Shown in pieces: positions 27,313 through 37,307 of a stretch of DNA of 64,000 bases. This stretch comes from an uncultured bacterium (GTDB lineage: Bacteria; Zixibacteria; MSB-5A5; CAIYYT01): NCBI GenBank assembly GCA_963726455.1, contig CAVSCK010000005.1:192001-256000 (forward strand), written 5' to 3'. Numbering within the stretch: the stretch's first letter is position 1; every line of letters starts with the position of its first letter. Below the pieces are notes generated by a model that worked only from the letters and a program-made list of their open reading frames with translations, made no database searches and was not told where the DNA came from. A program made the translations under genes and the position numbers.

Positions 27313-28899
27313 CTACTTGGCTATTTGTCGAGCCAATGAAGATGCCCCAGCAATGGCTTTCACCGTGTACACTCCCGGCAGATAATCCGCCCAGATCCAG
27401 TCGAAGTACTTCGTCCCCGCGTCTGTTCCGGAATAAGTCTTCAGGATTTGTTGTCGCGCGTTTGAAATTTCAATGCGCCAATCAGTCTTCTCGGGAAGTC
27501 CGAGATTAATCCTAACGCGGTCACTTCTGAATGGATTGACCGAACATTCTAGGGCAAACGACAGAGGCACGTGTTGGTCGCCAAGAGATGCGATCAAAAG
27601 GTTGCCGTCATAATCAGAAAATTGGATCGACTTCAATGTCACTTGACCGAGTATCCTAAACAGTGAATTGTCTCCCGGACCAAGACAGCGCAGAAAGCAG
27701 CTTTTGTCCCGACCGACCAGACAGAACTGGAGAACTCGCAGTTCCCTCGTTGTTGAGTCGTAATAGGTCGACAAGGGAAGATTGCACTGCGACTCAACCT
27801 GGTAGTCCCGATCGCTTGCGAATGTGGCGAACACTCCGGCAATTTTGGCGAGCGACTTTGTACTCAGGACTTCGTTGGCGAAATTGACTGTCACGGCATC
27901 GCCCATCGAGTTGAGCCTCGCAATTGGCTTTGCATCGCCTGTGATTAGCCGTTGTAAATAGACGAGGTCAGCCACCGTGAGCGGCTGTCCGTCGTCGTTC
28001 ATGTCTGACATAGCCAGAGTCTCGTTCTTGGCCGAGTCGCTCAAAGTTGACAACCCCTGTAACAGGTAATTGGCAAGTAGGGACTCGTCGCTGATTTCGT
28101 TGGCGATACCGTTCAGATTGATGTCTCCAAGTGCCGTAGGATCACCACCGCAGACGAAGTCCAGGCCGCCGTTTCGAAAAGTGATTCCGGCGTGTGATTC
28201 AGGCGTTTTCTCCTTTTGCCGGCAGTTGCTGGGTATACCGCCGTAAGAAAAACAGAAGTTGGCGCCCTGTCCGGTCAGAAGAGTGCGATTGGCGGAATAC
28301 TTCAGATCGTAGTTCCAATCGAGGACACTGTCTGCGGCGAGCGGCTGCCGTTTGCGAACGGTAGTCAGAGTATTGTCCGAGCAACTGCCCCAGACGAATC
28401 TGATCGGCAGAAACTCGCAATCAGCCAAATTGCGAACCATGAATTCCACACTTGCCAATTCGCCGCCATCGGGAATTACATAACATCCCGCACTAGTCTC
28501 TTTACCAATCGAATCGGCGGCAGCCCGGATACGCACCAGTCCTCTCGGACACTGACCGGTGCAAGTATCGACCGTCTCAAGGCCGCAGGTGAAATATCGC
28601 CAGCGACACCCCTTGTCGGAAAGAGCGGCGCCGATCTTGCCAGAGACGAATTGCATTCTGCTGGTGTCATAATCGACCAGCAAATTGAACGTGCGAATCG
28701 GCTCGCTGCCGGCCGCCTTGGAAACGGAGACGTAAGCAGATTGTCCGGAGAGGGCACTGTGAACGCGCCCGATTTCGATGCGAAAAGGTTTGAACTCGAT
28801 CGCAGAAATCGAATCGGGCTTGGCACCATACGCCAAGCTCCAGGACAGTGAGAATACATGTATAAGAATGATGAATGTGCGGACAGTATTCACTGACAT
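27313..28899 (-). CDS. Secreted cohesin-like + dockerin-like + C-terminal sorting/Ig-like domain protein
   Basis: ATG 28899; FNLLVDYD...CRWRYFT...ELASVEF; GDINLNGIANEISD / SDMNDDGQPLTVADLVYL; NPF...INLGLP...PGVYTVK tail. Confidence 0.7.
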   Translation of the reverse strand: MSVNTVRTFIILIHVFSLSWSLAYGAKPDSISAIEFKPFRIEIGRVHSALSGQSAYVSVSKAAGSEPIRTFNLLVDYDTSRMQFVSGKIGAALSDKGCRWRYFTCGLETVDTCTGQCPRGLVRIRAAADSIGKETSAGCYVIPDGGELASVEFMVRNLADCEFLPIRFVWGSCSDNTLTTVRKRQPLAADSVLDWNYDLKYSANRTLLTGQGANFCFSYGGIPSNCRQKEKTPESHAGITFRNGGLDFVCGGDPTALGDINLNGIANEISDESLLANYLLQGLSTLSDSAKNETLAMSDMNDDGQPLTVADLVYLQRLITGDAKPIARLNSMGDAVTVNFANEVLSTKSLAKIAGVFATFASDRDYQVESQCNLPLSTYYDSTTRELRVLQFCLVGRDKSCFLRCLGPGDNSLFRILGQVTLKSIQFSDYDGNLLIASLGDQHVPLSFALECSVNPFRSDRVRINLGLPEKTDWRIEISNARQQILKTYSGTDAGTKYFDWIWADYLPGVYTVKAIAGASSLARQIAK

Positions 28900-28931
28900 G
28901 TAAAGCCGCGGAATGGGTGAGTAATTAGTAA

Positions 28932-29003
28932 CTGGGGTGCCAGGATTCGAACCTGGGAATGGCAGCTCCAAAGGCTGCTGACTTACCGCTTGTCGACACC
29001 CCA
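28932..29003 (-). tRNA. tRNA-Gln(TTG)
   Basis: TGGGGTG acceptor stem, GCAGC-CTTTGGA-GCTGC anticodon arm, GGTTCGAATCC T-loop; CCA not encoded. Confidence 0.95.
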
Positions 29004-29064
29004 ATCCGACCAATGATACGTTTTTGCGCGGGCAGAGTCAATGCCCCCGGCAAAAAAAGCGCGA

Positions 29065-29358
29065 TCAGCTTTCCCAGCTACCGGTGCCGACGACCGCCGA
29101 CGAGTCGTGGAGGGCTTCCTCGTAGGCCGCGAGAATTTTCTCCTCGATGAGCCGGCGCATTTCGCTGTTGATCGGATGGGCAATGTCCTGGTACTTGCCC
29201 TGCGGCATGCGGCGCGACGGCATACTGACGAAGTAGCCCGACTTACCGCTGATGATTTTGAGCCCGCGTACTACGAATTGGTTGTCGAAGGTGATGTTGA
29301 CAAAGGCCTTGAGCTTGTCCTCATTCCTGAGTGTCACCCTGATCTCTGTGATTTCCAC
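29065..29358 (-). CDS. spoVG: SpoVG family RNA/DNA-binding protein
   Basis: EITEIRV...LKAFVNITFD.FVVRGLKII...FVSMPSR...DIAHPIN. Confidence 0.95.
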   Translation of the reverse strand: MEITEIRVTLRNEDKLKAFVNITFDNQFVVRGLKIISGKSGYFVSMPSRRMPQGKYQDIAHPINSEMRRLIEEKILAAYEEALHDSSAVVGTGSWES

Positions 29359-29396
29359 GGCTCCCTCCCTCTGACAGGGTCCCGATGATATGTCGA

Positions 29397-30260
29397 TTAT
29401 TCCAGCTGAATCGGGTCAACAATGAATACCCGCCAGCCGAAACGCTCCGCTATGTTCGTCTCCAGCCCGGGATCTGGTGCGTGATCAAACAAGCCAAAAA
29501 ACGCGGAGCCGCTGCCGGACAGCGCCACAACATTCGCACCTGCCTCCCAGAGAGTTTTTGCGCACAAGGACACGGCCGGATGACTTTCAGTCACCAGTCG
29601 CTCGAAATCATTGCCTATACTCTTCAGCAATGGAAAAAGCTCTTCGCTTGGGATCGCCCGATTAAAGTTAAGGTTCGTGGAAATATCTGTCAAGTATTTT
29701 TTTACCTGGGCATAGGCCAGTGCGGTCGAAACGGCAAAATCGGGGGCGACAAGTATAATGTGGTAATCGCGGGGCAAATTGACATATTCTACAAGGTCGC
29801 CGCGCCCGGAAAGCAGCGCCGAGCCGCCCGAAAAGAAAAACGGCACGTCACTTCCGAGCCGGGCGCCCAATTCCCTTAGCCGCTCGTCAGGCAGATCGAG
29901 GCCCAACAGGCGGTTCACGCCCTTCAGAGCAGCAGCCGCATCTGAGCTTCCTCCCCCCAAACCCGAGCCAACCGGAATTCGCTTGGTAAGTTCGACGCGG
30001 ACACCGCGAGTGCAGCAGGTTTCCTGATGCAGAAGCTCGATCGCCTTCCAGATGATGTTGGAGCTGTCGAGCGGAACATTGGCCGCACCACCGGTAAGTT
30101 CGATGCCGCTTTCGATCCTTGAGAATTGGAGAGTATCGTAGAGACTGACTGCTTGTACCAGCGAGTAGATATCATGGAAACCGTCGGGGCGTTTGCGCAG
30201 GACTTTGAGGAAGAGATTGATCTTTGCCGGCGCCTGCAGTGTGAGACTGGCGTTCGGCAT
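29397..30260 (-). CDS. ispE: 4-diphosphocytidyl-2-C-methyl-D-erythritol kinase
   Basis: APAKINLFL, KRIPVGSGLGGGSSDAA, LGSDVPFF, LSGSGS. Confidence 0.96.
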   Translation of the reverse strand: MPNASLTLQAPAKINLFLKVLRKRPDGFHDIYSLVQAVSLYDTLQFSRIESGIELTGGAANVPLDSSNIIWKAIELLHQETCCTRGVRVELTKRIPVGSGLGGGSSDAAAALKGVNRLLGLDLPDERLRELGARLGSDVPFFFSGGSALLSGRGDLVEYVNLPRDYHIILVAPDFAVSTALAYAQVKKYLTDISTNLNFNRAIPSEELFPLLKSIGNDFERLVTESHPAVSLCAKTLWEAGANVVALSGSGSAFFGLFDHAPDPGLETNIAERFGWRVFIVDPIQLE

Positions 30261-31816
30261 CAGTCGATTAGCCCCTGGAGGTAATAGGATAGCAGCAAGT
30301 CAAGCCCAACACGATCGCGACTGACGCCGCATTGGTTCTGATAGTTGCTGAAATGGGCATAGGAAACCGCGAGATGACCTTGGACAGTCTGCGAATGAAA
30401 GAATTCTGCACCGGCACGAACCGAGGGAGACGTTTCGACGATGCCCGACGGGAATTTTACGTGTTTGGGAACGCCCGATGCGGCGAATTGCTGGATACGT
30501 CCCTCGCCGTGACGGTTGTACTGGAACTCCAGTTCCAGGTCGCAATTGACATTAAGGTGATAGCGAAGCAGCGCCAGCGTTCTATCGAGATCGTCGCCGC
30601 CGAAGTAGCCGATGGGTTGGCCATCGTTAAGATAGAGATTCTGCGGCTTGACCTGGCCGTACACTGTTGTGTTGACGCGGGTATAACTGAGTTTGCCGAA
30701 CAGCCGCTTGAATCCGAACGGCTCAAGCGCGTCGACACCGACTTTGTAGCCGACCTGGTGCGGCTCAGAAACGAAATCAATCTGGAAATCGTCAATCATG
30801 AGCTCCGCAAAGATTCGGGCTCGCCGGGGCCAGTAAACCGCGAGATCGAGGCCGAGGAACAGGTTGTCATCGGTGCGACGATTGTATTGCTCCCAGTAAT
30901 AGGGCAAGAAGGGATTGAGATAGTGCCACTCGATCGGGCGGTTGTAGCCACCATACAGGGCGATTTCCGAAATGCCCAACTCAAACACGCCCTGCTTACG
31001 AAACGACAGGCGATGAGCGGATAGATAGCGCACCAACGTCGAATCGTTGTGCTGGATATCATCGAGCCGGGCAATGAAGTAGTCGAAACGAAACGCTTTG
31101 TGTTCGTACCCAAGCCAGATGCGATCGAAGGCAGGTGAATTATCCGACAGCAGGAGTGCATCATGCTGCTCCGGTCCCCAGACCATGTACGATCGGCCGA
31201 CCGAACCGAAGATGCCTTTGCGATAGAAATAGAGGGCGGCATTATCAAGCCAGCCGGTAATCTTCTTCTTCCACTTGCGGCCATTGAACTGCGAACTGAG
31301 TTCACCGTGGTTTTCGACACGAGCGCGGATATGAACCTGCAGACTAGGATTAGGACTAACCCACGACTCGGCGGTAATGCCGACCCGATGCACCGGCACG
31401 GTGTCCTTTGCAGCAAGTTCCTGCACAAAGGGGATAAATCGCAAGTGCAGGGCAGGATATGTACCGCGAGGACGGTGAATTCCAGTCAGCGAATTGAGAT
31501 CGAACGTCCGTTCGCGATTATCGAACGGATATCGATCTTTGATTGCCATCGCAACGGTGGACGAATTTTGGTTAGTGCTGGTTTCCGGACGATAAGTCAG
31601 GTGAGGCAGAATGTTGGAATAAAGCCGGCTCAAGTTGTCGACGAGCAAGTACTCTTCCCAATATCCGTTGGCAATGTAGTCGGCGGACTCAAGCCGCGTT
31701 ACCAGGAGATTAGTGGAATCGCATGGCGCACAACATTGACTGAAGGATACATGGGTGCTGTCTGCCGAGGCCTGTACGAATGCCAGCAGCAGTAACAGCA
31801 TGACAAATCGGGGCAT
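30260..31816 (-). CDS. Capsule assembly Wzi-family outer-membrane protein
   Basis: Signal; GRSYMVWGP...LLSDNSPAFD, YLSAHRL, YLNP, YAE/FAELMIDD-type motif, PIGY. Confidence 0.75.
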   Translation of the reverse strand: MPRFVMLLLLLAFVQASADSTHVSFSQCCAPCDSTNLLVTRLESADYIANGYWEEYLLVDNLSRLYSNILPHLTYRPETSTNQNSSTVAMAIKDRYPFDNRERTFDLNSLTGIHRPRGTYPALHLRFIPFVQELAAKDTVPVHRVGITAESWVSPNPSLQVHIRARVENHGELSSQFNGRKWKKKITGWLDNAALYFYRKGIFGSVGRSYMVWGPEQHDALLLSDNSPAFDRIWLGYEHKAFRFDYFIARLDDIQHNDSTLVRYLSAHRLSFRKQGVFELGISEIALYGGYNRPIEWHYLNPFLPYYWEQYNRRTDDNLFLGLDLAVYWPRRARIFAELMIDDFQIDFVSEPHQVGYKVGVDALEPFGFKRLFGKLSYTRVNTTVYGQVKPQNLYLNDGQPIGYFGGDDLDRTLALLRYHLNVNCDLELEFQYNRHGEGRIQQFAASGVPKHVKFPSGIVETSPSVRAGAEFFHSQTVQGHLAVSYAHFSNYQNQCGVSRDRVGLDLLLSYYLQGLID

Positions 31817-31987
31817 GAGCTTATTTAATCCTTGCCGTAAAAAATGTCAACGGAAATCGGGGTTTCGACGTTAACAGAGACTATGACGCGGCCGAAGCGA
31901 ATTCGAGGAAAAAAGATTTTGCATTTTGCCTGCTGGCGCGTCAGATTAATGGTAATTGCGGAGTGGAACACTAATCGGAGCAACTGA

Positions 31988-34900
31988 TTGACTCATAAGC
32001 TATCGCTTGCATTAACATTGTCGTTCCTGTTGCTTACGTCGCTGAGCGCAGTTATGGCAACGCCCTTGAATTTGCGCTATCCGGCGCCATCCCCTGACGG
32101 ATCGAAAATCTGTTTCTCCTATCTGGGGGACTTGTGGGTGGTTTCTGCCAAGGGAGGCCAGGCGGATCGGCTGACGGTATCACCCAGTTATGATGCGTTC
32201 CCCAAATGGTCGCCGGACGGAATCTACATCGCATATTCGTCGCAGCGGAACGGCAACTACGATGTCTATATAATTCCCTCAACCGGTGGCAGCGAATCGC
32301 GGGTGACCTATCATTCGGCGGATGATATTGTGACCGGTTGGAGCGCCGACAGCCGCCGCGTGCTCTTCACATCACAACGCGACCACCAGTATCGGCAGGT
32401 TTGGGAGGCGCCGGCAGCCGGCGGCCGCGCCCGGCCGTTGACGAATATCGAATCCTTCTCGGGGCAACGCTCCCCTGATGCAAACAAATTGTTGTTCGTG
32501 CGCGGCGCGGTTCCATGGTGGCGCGCGGGTTACCGGGGGACGGCGGCGTGTGATTTGATGGTCAAGGATCTGACATCGGGAAGCATCGAACGCGTGACTT
32601 CATCTGCGTGCAACGAAATGGACGGTTACTGGGTTCCGGGAGGTGGCGCCGTCGTATTCGTGTCTGACTCCGGTGGCGTCTACAATCTGTATCAGAAAAA
32701 TCTGGTGAGCGGCGTAGTCACGCAATTGACAGACCACCGCACCAGCGCTTCGCATCTGTCGGTATCTCAGGATGCTTCACTGGCGGCGTATGAACTGGCC
32801 GGCGAAATATATCTATATGACTTCAAGACCGGCCAGGGACGGAAGCTGGAAGCCGACGTGCCGGCATTTCCGCCGGCGGGTGTTGTCGAAAAGAAAGTGT
32901 ACGATTCCGGTATTAGTGAATTCGCATTATCTCCTGACGGTAATCTGTTGGCCTACGTTGTTGGCGGACAGGTTTTCTGCCGCGACCTGGCAGGTGCGTA
33001 CCAACAGCAGCTTACGAGTACTATCGACGACGATCAGGGCCTTTCCTGGTCGCCCGACTCGAAGCAACTGGCGCTGGTATCAGACCGGGATCTGAGCTAC
33101 GACGTCTATCTGCTGCGTTCCACGGACCAGAGTCAGCCATCGCTGGCGCGTTCACACGATCGCGAAATAGCTCCGTTTGCTAAGTCGGATGCCTCCAAGC
33201 GGACGCCGCAGATTTCGCCGGATCAGACCAAACTTGCCTATGTCCGGGCCGAGACCGATTTGGTGGTGACGGACATCAAAAGGTTTACGGAACGCGTGTT
33301 GTCAGACAAGGACCCGGTGGGCTCATTTGGCTGGTCGCCGGACGGACGGTATGTCGTATTCACGCGCTTTGACGAGGACTGGGACAATCAACTCTTCATC
33401 GGCGACAGTGAGAGCGGTACCGTCTACAGGATCAACAAGGCATCGGGGAGCTACCTGAATCCACGGTTTTCGCCCGATGGACGATTGATCTATTTCGTCA
33501 ACGACAACGATATCTACTATCTGTACCTTGAGCGCCGACTGGCCGAGATGACGTTTACCCAACGGCGGGAATATGCTACCAAGAACAAACCCAAAAACGC
33601 GCTGGGATTGCCGACGGTCATGATCGATTTCGACGGAATTGCCGAACGAGCGACGCGATTAACAGATCAAGGTAACATCGAGATGGCAGTGATGTCGGCG
33701 AATTCCTCATCGGTAGTCTATATCACGTCCGCAGGCCACATTGAAAGAATCAATCTTGACGGCAGCGAACATAAGTTGATCAGTTGGGCGCTGGACACGC
33801 CGTCACAACCGCAGTTGACGCCGACTGGAGATGCCCTTTATGTCAGGGACCGCAACGGAAAATTATACGAGTTGGATCCCAACGGCGGAGCGCCAATGCC
33901 GGTGCCGTTCAGTGCGGAAGTCCAGATCGATCACCGGCAGGAAATGCTGCATGTGTTCGATCAGGCGTGGGAACTGCTGAAGGAACGTTATTTCGACGCC
34001 ACCTTCAACGGTCTGAACTGGAACAGCGTGCGCGAGACCTTTCTTCCCCGCGTGCAAGCAGCGACGGAAGTAAATGATGTCTACGATATCATCCGGGAAA
34101 TGGCGGGCGAACTGAACTGCTCGCACATAAATATCTGGCATGGCGACCTGCTGGATGACGAAACGGGCCTCCTTGGTATCGTGCCGGATTACGACGACAA
34201 CTCTGCGGGACTGAAAATCAAGTACGTGATCGCTGGATCGCCGGCGGCAAAGTCGCTTTCGCGGCTGCGCCTCGACGACAAGATCACCGCGGTTGAAGGT
34301 CGCAAGCTGGTGACCAACGTTGACTATTACACGGTCTTCGAGAATACGGTAGGCAAGGAAATCAAGCTCGACATTTTCAGCCGCGATGGCATTTCGCGCA
34401 GTGTCCTGATCACGCCGTTTTCATCGGAAGAATACTACAATGCCGAATTCGCGGATCGCGCCGGCAAGGCGCGTGAGACGGTAGATAAACTGTCCGGCAA
34501 GAAGTTCGCCTATGTGCAGCTCAGGCACATGGATCACGATGGGATGGATGGTTTCACGGGTGAGTTGGACGCAGAGCTGACCGGTAAGAAGGGATTGATT
34601 CTGGACATACGCGGAAATGTCGGCGGCGCAAACCACGATCGTCTCCTGGAGTACCTGTCGCGCCGCAATTATATTACTCATAAGCCACGCTATGGAACGC
34701 CGGGACAGGATTCCCCCGGAGCCGTTGATATTCCGATCGTGCTCTTGATCGACGAGTACACAACCTCAGATGCCGAAATTTTCGCGCAGGGATTTCGGGA
34801 ACTGGGGCTGGGAACAGTTTTGGGTACAACGACCTACGGAGCCGTGCTCGGCACGGAACATCACAAACTCCTGGACGGCTCGACACTCACGCTGCCGGCG

Positions 34901-35050
34901 GTCGGCTGGTATACGCTTAAGGGGGCCTCACTGGAAAATAGTGGCGTGGCGCCGGATGTGGAAATTCCGAGTAATCTCACACGCCTGGAGAAGGGCGACG
35001 ACAACCAACTCGAAGAAGCCGTCAAGTTCCTGCAACAGAAGATCAAGTAA
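31988..35050 (+). CDS. Tricorn-like S41 protease (PD40 propellers, PDZ, S41)
   Basis: PAPSPDG/WSPDG repeats; GELNCSH; ILDIRGNVGG; TTSDAEIF; LENSGVAPD. Confidence 0.92.
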   Translation: MTHKLSLALTLSFLLLTSLSAVMATPLNLRYPAPSPDGSKICFSYLGDLWVVSAKGGQADRLTVSPSYDAFPKWSPDGIYIAYSSQRNGNYDVYIIPSTGGSESRVTYHSADDIVTGWSADSRRVLFTSQRDHQYRQVWEAPAAGGRARPLTNIESFSGQRSPDANKLLFVRGAVPWWRAGYRGTAACDLMVKDLTSGSIERVTSSACNEMDGYWVPGGGAVVFVSDSGGVYNLYQKNLVSGVVTQLTDHRTSASHLSVSQDASLAAYELAGEIYLYDFKTGQGRKLEADVPAFPPAGVVEKKVYDSGISEFALSPDGNLLAYVVGGQVFCRDLAGAYQQQLTSTIDDDQGLSWSPDSKQLALVSDRDLSYDVYLLRSTDQSQPSLARSHDREIAPFAKSDASKRTPQISPDQTKLAYVRAETDLVVTDIKRFTERVLSDKDPVGSFGWSPDGRYVVFTRFDEDWDNQLFIGDSESGTVYRINKASGSYLNPRFSPDGRLIYFVNDNDIYYLYLERRLAEMTFTQRREYATKNKPKNALGLPTVMIDFDGIAERATRLTDQGNIEMAVMSANSSSVVYITSAGHIERINLDGSEHKLISWALDTPSQPQLTPTGDALYVRDRNGKLYELDPNGGAPMPVPFSAEVQIDHRQEMLHVFDQAWELLKERYFDATFNGLNWNSVRETFLPRVQAATEVNDVYDIIREMAGELNCSHINIWHGDLLDDETGLLGIVPDYDDNSAGLKIKYVIAGSPAAKSLSRLRLDDKITAVEGRKLVTNVDYYTVFENTVGKEIKLDIFSRDGISRSVLITPFSSEEYYNAEFADRAGKARETVDKLSGKKFAYVQLRHMDHDGMDGFTGELDAELTGKKGLILDIRGNVGGANHDRLLEYLSRRNYITHKPRYGTPGQDSPGAVDIPIVLLIDEYTTSDAEIFAQGFRELGLGTVLGTTTYGAVLGTEHHKLLDGSTLTLPAVGWYTLKGASLENSGVAPDVEIPSNLTRLEKGDDNQLEEAVKFLQQKIK

Positions 35051-35090
35051 GTTCACCGAAAGTCGCTACGATCCGACTAGCGATTCCCCC

Positions 35091-35118
35091 TTGACAAACG
35101 TGAACTTTCGAATAGATT
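35091..35118 (+). promoter_or_regulatory. sigma70-type promoter
   Basis: TTGACA-N16-TAGATT; context shared with 37150. Confidence 0.55.
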
Positions 35119-35213
35119 AACAGAACAGTTCTAAACAAAATTGACCGGGACAGTAAGCGAGCCACGAGGCCATGTGACGCTCGACTGGGTTCTTGTGCAC
35201 AGGAGGTAAAGCA

Positions 35214-36470
35214 ATGAAACAGGCAGTTATTCTGATTGTGGGAATGTTGATGTTGACTTTGCCGACGAACGCGGCGGTAATTCAAGTCCCATTTGATCAG
35301 CCCACCATTCAATCAGGTATCAATGCGGCGACCAACGGCGACACAGTCCTGGTTGCCACTGGAACTTATTTGGGCGCGGGAAATCGTGATCTCGATTTCA
35401 GCGGCAAATTGATTACGGTAAAATCGGTGGCCGGCGCGGCTAACTCGATTATTGATTGCCAGGCCGACTCACTCAATCAGCACTGGGCGTTTTATTTTCA
35501 TTCCGGGGAAGATTCCACGGCAGTCATTGACGGGTTTACGATCAAAAACGCCTATCATTTCGAGGGGGCGGTTCGCTGTTCGTCTGCAGCGGCAACGCTT
35601 CGCAATTGCGTACTGCGGGAGAACGGAGTGAGTGCGCTCTGGGTTCGCGCCGTCATAGGAGTAGTAGCAGAAAACTGCGCCATCACGAAGAATCGCTGGA
35701 CAGGAATCATGCTCAATTACAGCCGGATATGGCTCAACGATTGCGTGATCGACAGCAACAGCAACGACGGTATCTCGGCGTACAACAGCCCGGTCTTCAT
35801 CATTTCGCATTGCCTGTTCAGGGACAACGGCGGCTACGGCATCTCGGCATACATTATGTTTCCAAGATTCCATATCAATAACTGCACTTTCGTAGGCAAT
35901 CAGACAGGATTCATATATCAAGGTGATTGGCCGAAGGCGGCAGAAGCTACCGAATTCCAACTCGATTCCGGCACTGTAAGCAACTGCATCTTTGCCTTCA
36001 ATCGCTCGCGAGGATTTATGACCGATCCTTACGCCGGTTCGTTCTATGCCACCTGCAACGACTGGTACGGAAACCCGGCGGGTGATTTCTACCCGCAGTC
36101 GCCGGTCCCGTATGACACCTCCGGAGATTTCTCGCTCGATCCATTATTCTGCCAGACACAAGGGAACTACTACGGGATATCCAATCTCTCTCCCTGCGCC
36201 CCCACCCAGAACTCATGCCAGACGCTGATCGGCGCTTATCCTGTGTCGTGTTCAGGGACTTATGTCTGCGGCGACGCTAATCGCGACGGGGCGGTTGATG
36301 TATCGGATGCAGTCTATCTGGTGCAGTATATCTTTGCAGGCGGGCCGGCGCCCGTACCGGTCGCTGCCGGCGATGTCAATTGCGACGGCTCGATTGACAT
36401 ATCCGACGCGGTCTACTTGATCGGTTACATCTTCAGCAGTGGGCCGGCGCCGTGCGCGCAGTGTAAGTGA
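35214..36470 (+). CDS. Secreted right-handed beta-helix protein with C-terminal dockerin
   Basis: AGGAGG RBS; VPFDQPTIQSGINAATNGDTVLVATGTY; DPLFC; CGDANRDGAVDVSDAVYL. Confidence 0.9.
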   Translation: MKQAVILIVGMLMLTLPTNAAVIQVPFDQPTIQSGINAATNGDTVLVATGTYLGAGNRDLDFSGKLITVKSVAGAANSIIDCQADSLNQHWAFYFHSGEDSTAVIDGFTIKNAYHFEGAVRCSSAAATLRNCVLRENGVSALWVRAVIGVVAENCAITKNRWTGIMLNYSRIWLNDCVIDSNSNDGISAYNSPVFIISHCLFRDNGGYGISAYIMFPRFHINNCTFVGNQTGFIYQGDWPKAAEATEFQLDSGTVSNCIFAFNRSRGFMTDPYAGSFYATCNDWYGNPAGDFYPQSPVPYDTSGDFSLDPLFCQTQGNYYGISNLSPCAPTQNSCQTLIGAYPVSCSGTYVCGDANRDGAVDVSDAVYLVQYIFAGGPAPVPVAAGDVNCDGSIDISDAVYLIGYIFSSGPAPCAQCK

Positions 36471-36489
36471 TACGCTTCAGTCTGCTTTG

Positions 36490-36524
36490 CCCCCACGCCT
36501 AACCCCTCCCCACACGGAGAGGGG
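36490..36524. repeat. C-rich/G-rich intergenic hairpin repeat
   Basis: CCCCACGCCTAACCCCTCCC-cacac-GGAGAGGGG between convergent genes. Confidence 0.35.
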
Positions 36525-36548
36525 TATGATTACGAATGTGTAGGGCGA

Positions 36549-36938
36549 TTATAGTTCTCGATCGTCGGAAGTACAATTTAGCAGGCCGGTATTGTCGATC
36601 ACCCAGGTATCGGGAGCGGGATCGCTGTCCAATCCGGGAGCCGGCGCGTCAGCGGTCGCGACGAATGTCGCCGGCGTAATCACAACGCTGTAGTTGTAAC
36701 GCCGATTAGCGGTCAGATCAACACCCAACAGCGTCAGATCGTTACAATACTGGCTGTGTTCCTGGAAGTAGCCGTTTTCGAGCGTGTATATCTGCTTCAA
36801 TATCCCCTGTGCTTCTGCCTGCTTTGCTTTGATCGATGTGCTCATGAATCTTGGTATGGCCAGCGTGGCAAGAACGCCAACGACTATGACTACGATCGCC
36901 AGTTCGAGCAGCGTAAAACCTTTGCTGTCATTCTTCAC
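36549..36938 (-). CDS. Type IV pilin (N-methylation motif)
   Basis: GTG 36938 after GGAGGAG; KGFTLLELAIVVIVVGVLATLAIP. Confidence 0.92.
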   Translation of the reverse strand: MKNDSKGFTLLELAIVVIVVGVLATLAIPRFMSTSIKAKQAEAQGILKQIYTLENGYFQEHSQYCNDLTLLGVDLTANRRYNYSVVITPATFVATADAPAPGLDSDPAPDTWVIDNTGLLNCTSDDREL

Positions 36939-36976
36939 GGTATCTCCTCCATTCCAGTGTTGTTGGCAGTCGATCA

Positions 36977-36992
36977 GGCAAACGGTGTGCCG
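36977..36992 (-). promoter_or_regulatory. sigma54 promoter of the pilin gene
   Basis: CGGCAC-ACCGT-TTGCC, 39 bp before the start. Confidence 0.7.
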
Positions 36993-37149
36993 AGTGCGGT
37001 TCGCAAGGATAAGCATGTGTGGCGGAGTCACTTGACAGTTCGGTTATGCCAGTCTTGGGCGCTGCGCTGACGGCAAGTACTTGCAGTACTTTGCGTACAA
37101 ATCCTCTCGACAAATCGGCTGAGTACACGGGCTCGCAGCAATTTCTGCC

Positions 37150-37235
37150 TTGACAAACGTCGACAATAGGCTACATTCGGAGAACAGTCAAACAACGACG
37201 AGAAGTCGCAAGGTCACTGACAGATTCTGTCAGTG
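37150..37235 (+). promoter_or_regulatory. sigma70-type promoter plus downstream palindrome
   Basis: TTGACA-N16-TACATT; CACTGACAG-ATT-CTGTCAGTG at 37215..37235. Confidence 0.55.
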
Positions 37236-37307
37236 GGAGGCATTATTGTGCACTAAGGGCGTGAAGTGGATTTACGCCCGGACGTGGAATTGACTACTGG
37301 AGGCATC

